A program made the translations under genes and the position numbers. Under the pieces are notes generated by a model that was not told the DNA's origin, ran no database searches, and saw nothing but the letters and a program-made list of their open reading frames with translations. DNA of 64,000 bases from Octopus vulgaris (taxonomy: Eukaryota). This document shows, piece by piece, positions 27,001-39,800 of the stretch; positions within the stretch are counted from its first letter, which is position 1; every line of letters begins with the position of its first letter. The stretch lies in assembly GCA_951406725.2 (NCBI GenBank), contig OX597818.1:43586001-43650000 (forward strand), read 5' to 3'.

Positions 27001-30000
27001 TAAGGGGAAGAAAAAAACCACAAACTTTCCAACATTTTTTTTCATAAAAAGCTTCCCCACCATCATTTCCAAGGCTGTGGTAAAATATATTTTAAAAAAT
27101 TGGAAAAATCCCTGTCAAAAGGTTCTAATATGAAACTCCACTGTTTGTAGCCAATTTTAATAGGCCACTAAAATTTTATTGGAATGGTATCACATCCCAA
27201 AATTCAAGTCCCCATGGCTTGTACTTTTGAATTTAGCTAGATCTGAAATTGACTGTTTGTTACATGCAACAAAATAGACTTTACATAAATATTTTTAAAA
27301 TTGCCCCCCAAAAAGGCAGGCAACTGCTATTCCATGAACACTATTAATCTGTGTAATTTGAAGATATTATCACCTCAATTTCAAAGATATGACCTCACAA
27401 ATATGGCTAATTAATTTAAACCTAATTAAGCAAGGTATTGACCAATTTGCTGACCATTCAAATTGTCATCTAAATTTCACAAATTAGGTATCAAAATGTT
27501 TCTTTTTGGATTCTCTCCAAGAATAAGTATAATAGAAGTTAGATTTAAATTTTTCAAATATTCAGTGATTCTTATTTATATACAAAAATAGTCAATATAT
27601 ACATATTCACTAGTTGGTTTGAACATGCATACGTTAAACTTTCAAAATTCAAATTTCCTTACCATCAACTTTAGCTTTTTTGGCATTTTTACCATCATCC
27701 GTTTCCTTTTTACGTTTCTTGGTCTCTTTTGACCCTGTTGTAGACAAAAATTGAAAAGATCTTACCGGTATATCTAGTATCATTAAGATTCTATTTGTAA
27801 CTAGTTAATAAATAGAAACAACAGTCTATGTAGCAGTTATGAAACATTATTAACCCTTTAGCGTTCAGATTATTCCATCAAACATAATGCCTATTGATTT
27901 GAATTAATCATGCATTATCTCATATCTTCAATATCTTGATGGTGTAATTACTTAATGTAGAATAACATTGTAAGGTAGGTGTGAGAGCCTGGATCTGGTC
28001 AGTTTGAACATAAAGCAGATTAACTATTTTGGCCGGATATGGCCGGTTTAAATACTAAAGGGTTAAACATTCATAAATAGAGAAATTAAGCCATAAATAA
28101 AGGAAACTTCATATAAGAATCACATGCAATGATTTACAGATAAATATATGAAATTGAGTGATCTAAAAATGTAATAAGAAACCAAGATAATGTATCAAAC
28201 ATTCTGAATGTTATTTAGCAAGGAAAAACTGAATAAATTAAAAATACTAGAAGAAACCACAGATTGGCAAAATATCAAAAACAATTTGAAAATACTCACC
28301 ATCTTTCTGTTTATCATTTGTTTTTTCAATGGCCTTTGATTTAGGAGTATCATCTAAATTTTAAAGCAGAGATGTTATGTTTTAGTTTAATAAAAGAAAA
28401 ACACTTGCTAGTGAAATTATTTACCAAGACATCTTAATTCGTTATCAATTATTAACTGACTAAAAAAGGCTGTATACCTTCACTAGTTTCTTCTTCACTA
28501 GAATCCTCTTCTTCATCAGAGTCACTAGATTCAGCAGCTGCTACAGGTTTTTTCACCTTTGCCTTTTCTTCTTCCTCATCATCTTCCTCCTCCTCCTCTT
28601 CTTCTTCCCCTTCCTCACTGTCACTTTCCTCATCCTCACTGCTTTCTTCCTCTTCTTCCTCACTGTCACTAGATTCTACCTTCTTAGCTACATGCAAAAC
28701 AAAAGTAAGTTGTTAACGAAAGAATAAAGCAGTATAATCTATTCAAGGCAGAAAAATTTAAGTTTCTTCAATAAACTCTAATTTAGAGTACTGTAATTTA
28801 GAGTAAATTATTCTGCCTTGGACTTCTTATATCATTCAAAAATCAGAAGACTATAAACAACTGTAAGTAGAATACATTTCACAAATAAAAAATTAAATGT
28901 ATACAGCAAAACCTAGATATGGAAAAAAACTCAATGAAATCTTGAATTTCACCCCTATAGACACTCCTTGTTGAAAGTAGGCAAGTGTTAGCAACAGGAT
29001 GTGCATTCAGCTGTAGAATGTCTGCATAGAATTTCATCTACTTCAGGCAAGGATAGAAAAGTGGATGTCAACCCTTTAACATTCAAATTATTGTGAAATG
29101 TAATGCTTGTTTTATTCACATTATTTTGAATTAATCATGCTTCAAGAATTCAATGATGTGATTGTTCATTTTTAGAATGACATTGTAGGATAGGTGTGAA
29201 AGGCCAGATTTGGCTGGTTTGAACATAAAATGGGTAGAAATATTTGAGGCAAATGTGGCCAGTTTAAATTCTAAAAGATATATACATATTTGAGGCAAAT
29301 GTGGCCAGTTTAAATTCTAAAAGATATACACATATTCATTCAAGCCATTTGTCAATGAAACTCCAATTGTGAAAGATACTCACTAAGCCCTTTGTTACAT
29401 TTCTTACTCTAACCCATTCTCAATTAAATTCTCTTGCTGACTTTTCCCATTTAATAATCCAGTCAAATGTAACAGAGAAACAGCTCATCTTTCCACTCAT
29501 TTTCATTTTACTTCTACCCTCAGTTTAGAGTAAAATGTAACAGAGAAACAGCTCATCTTTCCACTCATTTTCATTTTACTTCTACCCTTAGTCACTCTCA
29601 ATCCTTTGACAGCTTTTCACTTCCACACTACTTCCTTAGTGTAACAACAAATTTTAAAAAATCATTATTATATTTGGATAATACTCATCAAGCCTTACCA
29701 GGTGTCTCTTTGCTTTTTGTCAGCTTCTTAGTTTTCATAACAGGAGCTACCTAAAAATAAGCAATATTTTTTTCCTTAAGCATATTTAAAAAAGTTTTAT
29801 TTGAAGCATCACTACTGTAAACTGCAAATTCACAAGTTAAAATTTCATATTTTCTACAACTGCTTTTGGCATGCAACTTGGCAGCTGCAGGTTAAACATA
29901 AGTAAAATAAAACTGACATTTCCAAAGCAGATATTCCTTTTTCTCTTATTCTTTTATTTGTTACAGTCATTTGACTGCGGCCATGCTGGGATGAGGTAGT

Positions 30001-30603
30001 GAGGCATGACCTTCGAACATTGGGCCTCACAGAGGCAATGACAAAAGATCGAGGCACTCAAAAGTACCTTGGATCGTAGGGCAACATGCTGTGCATGAGG
30101 AGACCTATTGAGTCAAGTACATCAATATCAGTATCAAAATCAAATCAAATGGAAATTGTAGTTGTGACCCACTTGCTGGTAGCACGTAAAAAGCACCATC
30201 CAAATGTGGCCAATGCCTGTGCTGCATTGACTAGCTTCCATGCCGGTGGCATGTAAAAAGCACATCTGATCATGATCAATGCCAGCTCCTCTGGTCTCTG
30301 TGCTGGTGGCACATAAAAAGCACCCACTACACTCTCGGAGTGGTTGGCATTAGGAAGGGCATCCAGCTGTAGAAACACTACCAGATCAGATTGGGGCCTG
30401 GTGCAGCCTCCTGGCTTCCCAGACCCCAGTCGAACCATCCAACCCATGCCATCATGGAAAAGGGATGTTAAACGATGATGATGATGAATGCACAGAAGAC
30501 AGAATAAATACATTAGAGTATTGGAGAGACTGCAAGGCAATTTGCTGCCTCAACTCATTTAATACATCTCTGTATATGAGTCTGCAAGATATATATGCAT
30601 ATC

Positions 30604-30658
<55 letters not shown>

Positions 30659-30844
30659 TGTCAGATGAATAAGGCACTTAAAGGTAAGGCACCAGGTTAG
30701 GTCTGAATTAAAATGCATGCACAGCAATTATAAACAAATACCAACATTGGTACAGAAGTAGTGGCAGAAGGATACTCAGGTTATGTATACAATTAATTGA
30801 AATCAACTGAGTATACTGTCAGCCTTTGGGCTAATTCAGAAATG

Positions 30845-30888
<44 letters not shown>

Positions 30889-33800
30889 CATAATAATGGT
30901 TTAAAATTTTGGCACAAAGATAGCAATTTCAGAGGAGGAGTTAAATCAATTACATCAAATTATTTTATCAACCCTGAAAGGATGAAAGGTAAAGTCAATC
31001 TCAAAAGAATTTGAACTCAGAATGTAAAGACAGATGAAATACTGCTAAACATTTTGCCTGGAGCACTAACGATTCTGCTACCTCACCACCATAATAATTT
31101 TTTCTACTATATATACACACTATCCAAAAAATTTTCTTACATATTCCAAACTCAACGACCATCAATTTTACAGGTACTATACTACTTTATTCATAATTGA
31201 GGTCTACTAGACTTTTGATACAAATAAAGCAAAATGAAAAGAATAATAAAATAACTTACAACTTCCATTTCTTCTGATTCTGAAGAGGAATCCTCTGAAG
31301 ATTCTTCAGGTTCTACAGGTTTTACAAACTTTTTTGGAGTCTAGCGCAAATAATAAAAATACTAATTGAAACCACTATCAACACAAACAGGTATTTTTCT
31401 GTACAAAATTTCATCTTTTCTGCTGGATCTTAATTTTATATTAACACATCAAGACTCTTTGGTTCCACTTTCAGAGAAGTTGTCTAAGTTTTTTATTATT
31501 ATTATTATTAAACTTTTTCAAACTTTTTACTAAAAAGAAATGTCTTCAAAGTTAGTGATGTTTGATTTCTTATGGCCATAAAATCAGGAGTCTTTTTTTT
31601 TGTATGATTTATTACTTTCAAAGAATGCAAAGAAATGTATCTTCCATAATAATATTAACATAAATGACATCATAATCTGCACGAAGCTCAGACTGGGAGG
31701 ACCTTACTGTAGATATGAAATTCATCAGCATTGGAAACAAAAATTCTCAGTATACAAGAATAAATGATCATTGACACAGTTGAATTATAAGAAACATATG
31801 CAAAAATAAATACATTCAAATCATAAATTACAAATTATTGACAGGGCAAACAATGGTTCAGAATTTGAAAACAGTTGCATCAAAATTCTGTTAGATGCTT
31901 GAATTTTGTGAACTATTTTGAAAACGAAACAAACATTTTATAGCAATGGCATAACTACAGATGTGTACCCCTCTGACTTTGTGTCCTCATAACTTCCAGG
32001 AAAATAGATACTTTTTAATGAAATTTTCAACAAATACCACTTAGATGCTGTGGATTCAGAGTATATAAAGATTTATGGGAAAGAATTTTTTGAGTGGAGT
32101 GGAGTGGATTCACACAATCTGACTTTTTTCCCTTCGCGACTTTCAGGAAAACGGATATGTTTTAGTAAAATTTTATACAAATACTTTTGAAATGACATAG
32201 ATTAAAATTATTAAGAAATTTGTGGGGAAAATTTTTTCTGGGAGGAGGGGGAGGAATTTCAGATCAGGAAGACTAAATAAGTTGGAACTACTTTGGGTAA
32301 TTTTTGGTTATCTCACCCAGCCCCATTAAAAAAAATTGGGCTATCTTCCCGCCAAAAAATTGAGTTAATATGGCAACAAGAGATTGGATTAAAAGAGATC
32401 CATTTGATTCAATACTTCAACACATGCCTCCTCTAATAGGCATAGTATGATTTATTATAAAAATATCAGATTCAGCAAGATGTTTAATTTTTTACCATTT
32501 TCATGTTTATTAATTTTTTTCAGTTTTGTATGATTTGTTATAAAAAATATTATCAGATTCAAAATGATGTTTCATCTTTCCATTTTTTATGTTTATTATT
32601 TTTTTTTTTATTGAGGGCTAAACATTTTATTTGAAGGAGATAACCAAAAATAGATATTTTTTTGTAAAACGGGGGGGGGGGGCAATTTTTTAATGGGGGT
32701 GAGATAACCAAAAAGTACCCTACTTCATTTTGACGGAGATTTTCCCCATTTTTTAACCACAGCCTTTGAAATGATGGGGTGGGGGCATCTTCTTGTGAAA
32801 AAAGTTTTGAAAATTTTTTGTACACCCCCATTCGATCCCACTCCAGACCAATTTTGGTCAATTTTTTTTTGCACTTCAAAACCATGGGAAGAGCCTTTTC
32901 AGTAAAAAAAAAATTTCAAAAATTAATATTTTCTGAGGAAAAAGTGAGTGATTTAAGGGAGATTTGGCAGGTGTTTCTAGCACATCCCAAGACAACCCTC
33001 CTCATTTCTTTCTCACTCTCGAATGTATTGATATTTTTCAATATTTTGCTCCCCAATAAATACATTTATATGCTATAAAAAAAATTGAAAAATTATGATT
33101 TTTTTTTTTGCAACCTCACACCCTGCCCCCGATTGTTTGTTAGAGCCTGAGAAGATCATTACTGGCATTTATCCAGTGATTTAAAAAAAAAAGAGCTATG
33201 TAAAAGACAATTCATTTTAATAGCATACTTTACTGTTAAAAAAATGTTTTTTCTTATACACACACACGGTTTCGCTTGATTGAGGTGGGGTATATTCAAC
33301 CAATGGACCGCGCACGTGTTACTTCAATATCACCATTCCATAAAATATGCTTAATGGGAGAAAAATATTGAAAAAACATCAATACATGTGAGAGTGGGAT
33401 GTGCTAGAAACAACAGCCAAATCTCCCTTGAATCGTACACCTTTTTCCACTGAAAATACTTACATTTTATTCTATTTTATTTTTTTTATCAAAAAGGCTC
33501 CTCCCATAGTTTTTAAGTTAAAAAAATTGGTCCGGAGTGGGATGGTGAGGAATGTGGTGGGGGGTTTAAAAGTTTTTTCACAAAAAGATGCCCCCTCCCA
33601 ATCATTTCAAAGGCTGTGGTGTAATAAAAAAAAGGGGATGGGGGGAATCCCCGACAAAACGGAGTAGTTACAACTTATTTGGTCTTCCTGATCCGAAATT
33701 CCTCTCCCCACTCCCTCGGGAAAATTTCCCCACAAATTTCTTTATAATCATAATCTATGCCGCTTCAAAGGTATTTGTATAAAATTTCATTAAAAAATTT

Positions 33801-36683
33801 TCATTTTCTTAAAAATTATGAGAGAAAAAAAGGCTCAAAATACAGATCTTCACCCGTGCATAACCCCCCACCCAGCCTGCTGGGTGTTAACAAGAATGTA
33901 GAAAACGAATATGAAAAAAAAAAATTGCGCCAAGACCCGGGAGGAGGGGTCAGAAAATTCACAAAATCCGATTTTTCCGTCATAACTTTCGGTAAAATGG
34001 ATATATATATATATATATAAATTTTTTTTTTTTAACAGAAACCCATGTTTTTGGTTATGGATGATCCGATTCTGAAAAAAAAGATTTTAAAAATCGCATT
34101 TAAAAAATTTCAACCGCTCCCCACCCCTTCAGTTCTCACTTTTTCCGGAAATTTCCTATTTTTCTACGTATTTCCCGGAAAAAGTGGAAAATGAGGCGGG
34201 GGGATTGAAATTTTGAAAATGCGATTTCTGAAATTTCTTGTTTCAGAATCGAATCCTCTATAACCAAAAACGTGGGATTCTATATGAAAAAAAAAAAAAA
34301 AAAAAAAAGCGAAAGTTATGACGGAAAATCGGATCTTGTGGATTTTCTGAAAGCCCTCCTCACCCTGCACGGGTCGTTAGCGCAAATTTTTTTTCATATT
34401 CATTCTCTACATAGTTGTTAATACCCAGCAGGCTGGTTTATTATCGTGTAAGTTTTCTGACCCCCACCCCCAGAACTCTTTCCCATAAATCCCTATATAT
34501 TTTAAATCCAGCGCTATTTGTTGAAAATTTCGATAAAAAGTATCCATTTTCCTGGAAGTTATGAGGATGCAATGTCGTGGTGGGTCGGGGTACACATATG
34601 TAGTTATGCCACAGCAACAAATGATATACGATATTGATAAATGGTTGTACTGGAAAGGATTACATAGTGTGAGAAAATGGGAGTTGGGGAAAAAATTCTT
34701 CAAACTAACTTAGACATATTTTGAAATTTTAATCTCCTTTACGTTTTTTGTTATTTTAATTGCAATGTCATGGCCGATTGACATCGTATTTCACTTTATT
34801 GCTCACATATAAATAAATTCTAAGATAGTATAAAACAAGACGATTAGTTTAGGTTCAGTCACGACAAATACCTCCAGAAACTAATCAAAAGTTTGCAAAC
34901 AAATGTTTCTTTTGCAAAAAGCATTGGATTTTAAGGTTACGTTAAAAATTACCAAATTGACATAAACACTGTGTACACAAAATACAATCTTGTCTACATT
35001 CATACATTTTTAACCCTTTCTATACAAGGTGTATTATTTCTTTATTGCCCACAAGGGGCTAAACATAGAAGGGGCAAACAAGGACAAAGGGGTTAAGTCG
35101 ATTACATCGACCCCAGTGCGTAACTGTTACTTAATTTATCGACCCCGAAAGGATGAAAGGCAAAGTCGACCTCGGCGGAATTTGAACTCAGAACGTAATT
35201 GCAGACGAAATACCTATTTCTTTATTACCCACAAGGGGCTAAACAAGGACAAAGGGATTAAGTCGATTAAATCGACCCCAGTGCGTAACTGGTACTTAAT
35301 TTATCGACCCCGAAAGGATGAAAGGCAAAGTCGACCTCGCGGGAATTTGAACTCGGAACGTCACGGCAGACGAAATACGGCTACGCATTTCGCCCGGCGT
35401 GCTAACGTTTCTGCCAACTCGCCGCCTTCCTATACAATGTTTCTGCTTACAGAACAAAATGGGTTAAGAATAATCCGACCATAATAAGAAATAATTTCTC
35501 ATTCATGACAAAGCAATTAAGATAACCGAACAACGTACAATAACAGACAACATGGAATTTAAACAGTATATGACTGAAAAGTGCATAATGATTACCTCAT
35601 ACCCCTTTTCATGGCGCAGCTTAGCCTCCACCGTAGACTCACAATACCGGTTAGTGGGTGTTGTTGCAGGTTGACACCAGCTTGCACACAAACCAGGAAA
35701 TCCATTGCAGCATTCAGAATCATTTGCACGGTAACCATTTATCGAAACACGGCCAAATCAAAACGATATCGCAGCCAATGGCTTATATTTCGGTACCCCT
35801 CGAGCCAAATGGCATTACCGACCGACACACGAGGAACCACGACAGCCAAATTCACCGCATGGGTGAAAAGACGCACGTACCAAAGCGACCACCATAATTG
35901 CGAAAATTTACCGAATCGAGATCTTGTTTGTTTAATCAGTATAATGTAATGATTTAATCATTATTACAAATTATATTTGTAAATTCTAAGTCTAAAATGC
36001 TTGATCTATTAAAAAAAAAAAACTCTTAACCTAATTGATTTTTAATTAATATTTATAGATGGACAATAAAAGTATCTCATTTTTAAAAAAAGTTATTATA
36101 CTTTAGAACTAAGGTACTAATATATAATAAAGTAGAAGTAGATTTAACTTCTTAAATCTCTGCAGCATTATGTGTTTAATTTCCATTGATCATATATATT
36201 TATATGTCATCTTTGTCAATTCAAACTCCTGCATCAAGTACCACCAGACATTTCTTCAACAATGAATGGCCTAGTTATAAACTGGATGTTTAAAATTAGG
36301 GATATGCTTTTTCTATTTCAATGAACCAGCAATCAGATCAAGCAGTGAAAGCTATTAAGGTTTAAAAAAAAATACCCGATATTTTAAATTTTAAGTTATT
36401 TATTTGCCATTAGGTAAATATATATATAGATATTGAATTTTCTCAAAGCCATCATAATACAAGCTTTAACCGATCGTTATTTTTGCTGTGATTTCTTTGG
36501 AGATGCACTCCCATCTATAAATACTCTTAAAAAATGTGGATTCCGTCCCCATTTGCTTGGATTTCAGGTTTTATATTGCAATTCTAACCTGCTTATAAAT
36601 AAATTGATATATTCAAAATATCTCGTCTCTAAATAAAAGAGGAAACCAACATAACAACATACCTTATTCTTTTTAGCAGCCAT
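21074..36683 (-). CDS. NCL: Nucleolin-like protein, copy A (14 coding exons, ~498 aa, 3 RRMs + GAR-like tail)
   Basis: Hand-spliced GT-AG exons with consistent phase: 36663-36683 (MAAKKNK), 31260-31340, 29699-29750, 28478-28687 (acidic), 28300-28353, 27663-27734 (KKRKKETDDGKNAKKAK bipartite NLS), 25487-25604, 25260-25396, 24994-25129, 24587-24726, 23383-23518, 23115-23254, 21264-21425 (G/R-rich), 21074-21111 (GTGKKKTFSDSD*). Total 1497 nt. RNP2/RNP1 motifs LFVKNL/RGFAYIEF and LLIRNL/KGIAFVEF; TPKK and TPAK CDK-type motifs. This architecture is diagnostic of the nucleolin/Nsr1 family. Confidence 0.9.
22614..23005 (+). mobile_element. tRNA-derived SINE (head TGGCTGTGTGGTAAG...GGTTCAGTCCC) with composite tail
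   Basis: Pol III A/B-box-like head followed by a CORE-like TTGGGCAAGTGTCTT segment. Other copies at ~3845-3990, 4803-5150, 12113-12445, 16590-17045, 20265-20600, 21660-21990 and 61110-61460. Confidence 0.85.
31960..34600. mobile_element. Nested foldback/palindromic DNA element(s) in intron 1 of copy A
   Basis: Diverged inverted pairs: ~31960-32090/34480-34600, 32150-32290/33660-33810, 32740-32900/33490-33640, 32960-33050/33355-33430 and 33870-34160/34170-34437. Confidence 0.75.
35032..35428 (-). mobile_element. tRNA-derived SINE with Meta-domain-like core, tandemly duplicated
   Basis: GGCGGCGAGTTGGCAGAAACGTTAGC head and GCCTTTCATCCTTTCGGGGTCGATAAA core. Copies at ~25865-26090, 30895-31090, 40710-40900 and 63230-63435. 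Confidence 0.8.
35480..35970 (-). other. Conserved structured non-coding element in intron 1 of copy A (candidate poison exon 35596-35922 or intronic ncRNA)
   Basis: The reverse complement aligns nearly letter-for-letter with 42445-42960 over ~500 nt, whereas adjacent intron aligns poorly. Long-range sense-strand pairings are visible. Confidence 0.75.
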
Positions 36684-36850
36684 TTCACTTTGTTTTCTGG
36701 AATATTATATCGAACAAAATTTTCACTTGCTCTGAATTTTCTCTGTAAAAGAAGAATGAATACGTGCGCACAGTCTAATTCACTTTATGGCGTAGCCACT
36801 ACGATATAGTTTCGTATTTACTGATTAAATATCTCCAGAATTTGATTTTG
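36684..36850 (-). promoter_or_regulatory. 5' UTR/core promoter of nucleolin copy A with a pyrimidine-rich (TCT/TOP-like) stretch
   Basis: Homologous to 41450-41616 (shared ATCAAAT-CTGGAGA...ATACGAAACTA...GTGGCTA and CCAGAAAACAAAGTGAAATG). Sense TTCATTCTTCTTTTAC lies at ~36745-36760, just downstream of GTGCGCACGT. Confidence 0.55.
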
Positions 36851-39800
36851 TTTTTATTATAGAGATAATGATTGTTAGTAACGAAACAATTATTAATTCA
36901 AATTTCACCTAATACGATTCCAAAATATTACATTAAGATTTTTTTTTTTATAACAATGAAGCACTGTATTTGAGATTTCAAAAGTTGGAGGAAGAGCAAA
37001 TAAAAGTCAACACTAATAATGCGTATGAAATCTCGAACGTCTATACACAACAGAGAAAGGAACCTTAAACTCAAGAAAAACGTAATATAGATAAAATGGC
37101 TGATGGGAAAATATCTCGGAGCGTATTCTGCATGCTGGTGTAACAAGGGAAATAACTCCAGTAAGATCAGTTGATCGAAATTTTTGGATAAGATAGACTG
37201 CGTAGATTAGAATGGATCCAGAATAGATTAGAATTGAGCTGCTCTTTAAAGCAACTAGAGAAAGCAACAGTAATTTTTCGGTCTTATCAGGCCTCATATT
37301 CTTTCTCATGAATTTACTGTTCTACAGACATTCATTTTGATTTAATTTCTTTTCTCCTTCAAATCTAAGTTACATTGATTTATATATAATGTTCTATCAT
37401 TAATTTTTCTTTTACTTCAGATAAATGTAAAATCAGACTATTTAACAACAGCAGCCAATTATCATAATCTGTCCCCAAAATCCAAAACTTTTTACTCAGT
37501 CATACAATTAGGTTCATTCTTGGCTTTATGTTTTTCAAAGCAAACCATCAAATCAGAGACACTTTTTAATAAATTTCTACTACTTCTCTACTACTAATCA
37601 ATTAGATGCACTTGTTTATATTCCCCACAAATTAGAACTAGTATCTTGTCTACATGTTTGTACTCTAAACTAGAATTTAGCAGTTTTACTTGGGCACCTT
37701 ATTCCACCCATTTCACCTTCACCTATATCATCCCGACTTCTTTCCTTTCATTTCTCTTCTTATATTCCTTTTTTTTTTTCAATATTGCCAATTATGATAT
37801 ATGTAGCAAATTTCATATTGTTTCTCAAATGCATTAACAATTACTAGGCCAAGAACAAAACAAAATTGCAATTCTTCAGAATTCTTGAAATAAATATTTG
37901 ATACCATGCATTCACAGCATTAAGTTCTTTAGTTAGTTTGTGGTTCCCCTAAGACATTAATTCTATTATATACTTACCAAAAAAACCTCCTTCTGGAAAC
38001 TTTTCTGACTCATTATTAGAAGGATATGTGTGTGTGTACATATGTATGTGCCTACATATATATATGTATGTACACACAAATATATGTATGTAATTCATAA
38101 CAGGGAATTGGACCACCCCACACACACACACACCATCTTTGTGCTTCTATTATTTATCAGAATCTACACTCAGAATTTATTTGTGTCACCTCTCAAATTT
38201 GCAATGATTTCAGGTGAAACTGAGTCCAATTCACATAGCTCAACCCAATCCATTGTTATTGACCATTGTGCAATCTTAGGTTAGCTACAAACTTGAGTTA
38301 CTTCATTTTCAGACAGTCTGCTTTAGTTACTTAGCAATCTTCTCCAAGATCTAGATTTCAGATTCACATTAAGTTTTCTTGTACATGGCCATTGCCAGCC
38401 ACCCCTGGCACGTAAAAAGCACCATCCGTACATGGCCGATGCCAGCGCCACCTTGACTGACTTCCGTGTCGGTGGCATGTAAGAACCACCAACCGATGAT
38501 GGCCATTGCCAGCCTCCCTTGGCACCTCTGCCGGTGGCACATAAATAGCACCCACTACACTCACGGAGTGGTTGGCGTTAGGGAGGGCATCCAGCAGTAG
38601 AAACACTGCCAGAACAGACTAGAGCCTGGTGCAGCCTCCTGGCTTCCCACATCCCAGTTGAACCGTCCAACCCATGCTAACATGGAAAACAGGCGTTAAA
38701 AGATAAACGATGAGTCTTGCCTTATTTACTTTCTTCCTTCCACACAAAAGTAGCCCACTGCTACAAGCTTTGGGATATTCTATTGCAACTGACTAACATT
38801 CATATTTACTTACAATACATTGTAGATGTGGAAAACTGTATTGGTTGAATAAAATCTATAAAAATAAACTAAATCATTTTGTGTCAGTTCATTTTAGTGC
38901 ATCTATAACTGCTACTCACAGCCTTACCCAAACTTCTTATTAATTACATACATCCATTATGTGTGTGTGTGTGTGTGTGTGTGAAAGAGAGAGAGAGGTC
39001 TCTCTCTCCAAAAAAAACTACACTTTTAAAACTCTAGAGTCAACAGTGTAACATGTTTGTGACTGCAGTGCAGCTTATGAGTGATCTTGATCATCAGTCT
39101 AATAATAACTACATTATACGATGTCAGCTGTTGACTTACATGTATTAGAGTAAATGTATGCTTAGTGCATAAACAATATGTTGCAAGTTAAATAATGAAT
39201 TTTTAGAAGGGTAAGATATTTATGTGAAATTACTTTTACAAAAAACTTTTCTAATTTTGCATTAAGTCTATGGTGAAGATTGTTTGAAGGTTACAATTGG
39301 TACCAGTACTGTCCTAGATATAGGGGCAGTACTACACTATGGGTCTTATTTGAGACTTATAAGAAACCATTAATGGCCTCCGTGCCGGTGGCACGTAAAA
39401 GACACCAATCAAGCATTATCGTTACCAGCATCACCTTACTGGCACCTGTGCCGGTGACATGTGTAAAAGATTCAAGTGAGGTCGTTGCCAGTACTGCCTG
39501 ACTGGCCCTATAGTTCCGCCTGACTGGCTCCCCATACCGGTGGCCTGTAAAAAGCACCATCTGAACATGGTTGATGCCAGTTCTGCCTGATTGGCTCCCG
39601 TGCCGGTGGCACATAAAAAGCACCCACTACACTCTTTGAGTGGTTGGCGTTAGGAAGGGCATCCAGTTGTAGAAACTCTGCCAGATCAAGATTGAAGCCT
39701 GGTGCAGCCATCTGGTTCACCAGCCCTCAGTCATTCGTCCAACCCATGCTAGCATGGAAAGCGGACGTTTAATGATGATGAGAGCTGAAGTATTTTCTAG

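Noticed and set aside
29243-29590. Short local tandem duplications (~46 bp and ~67 bp)
   Set aside because: Ordinary slippage duplications in an intron with no further structure.
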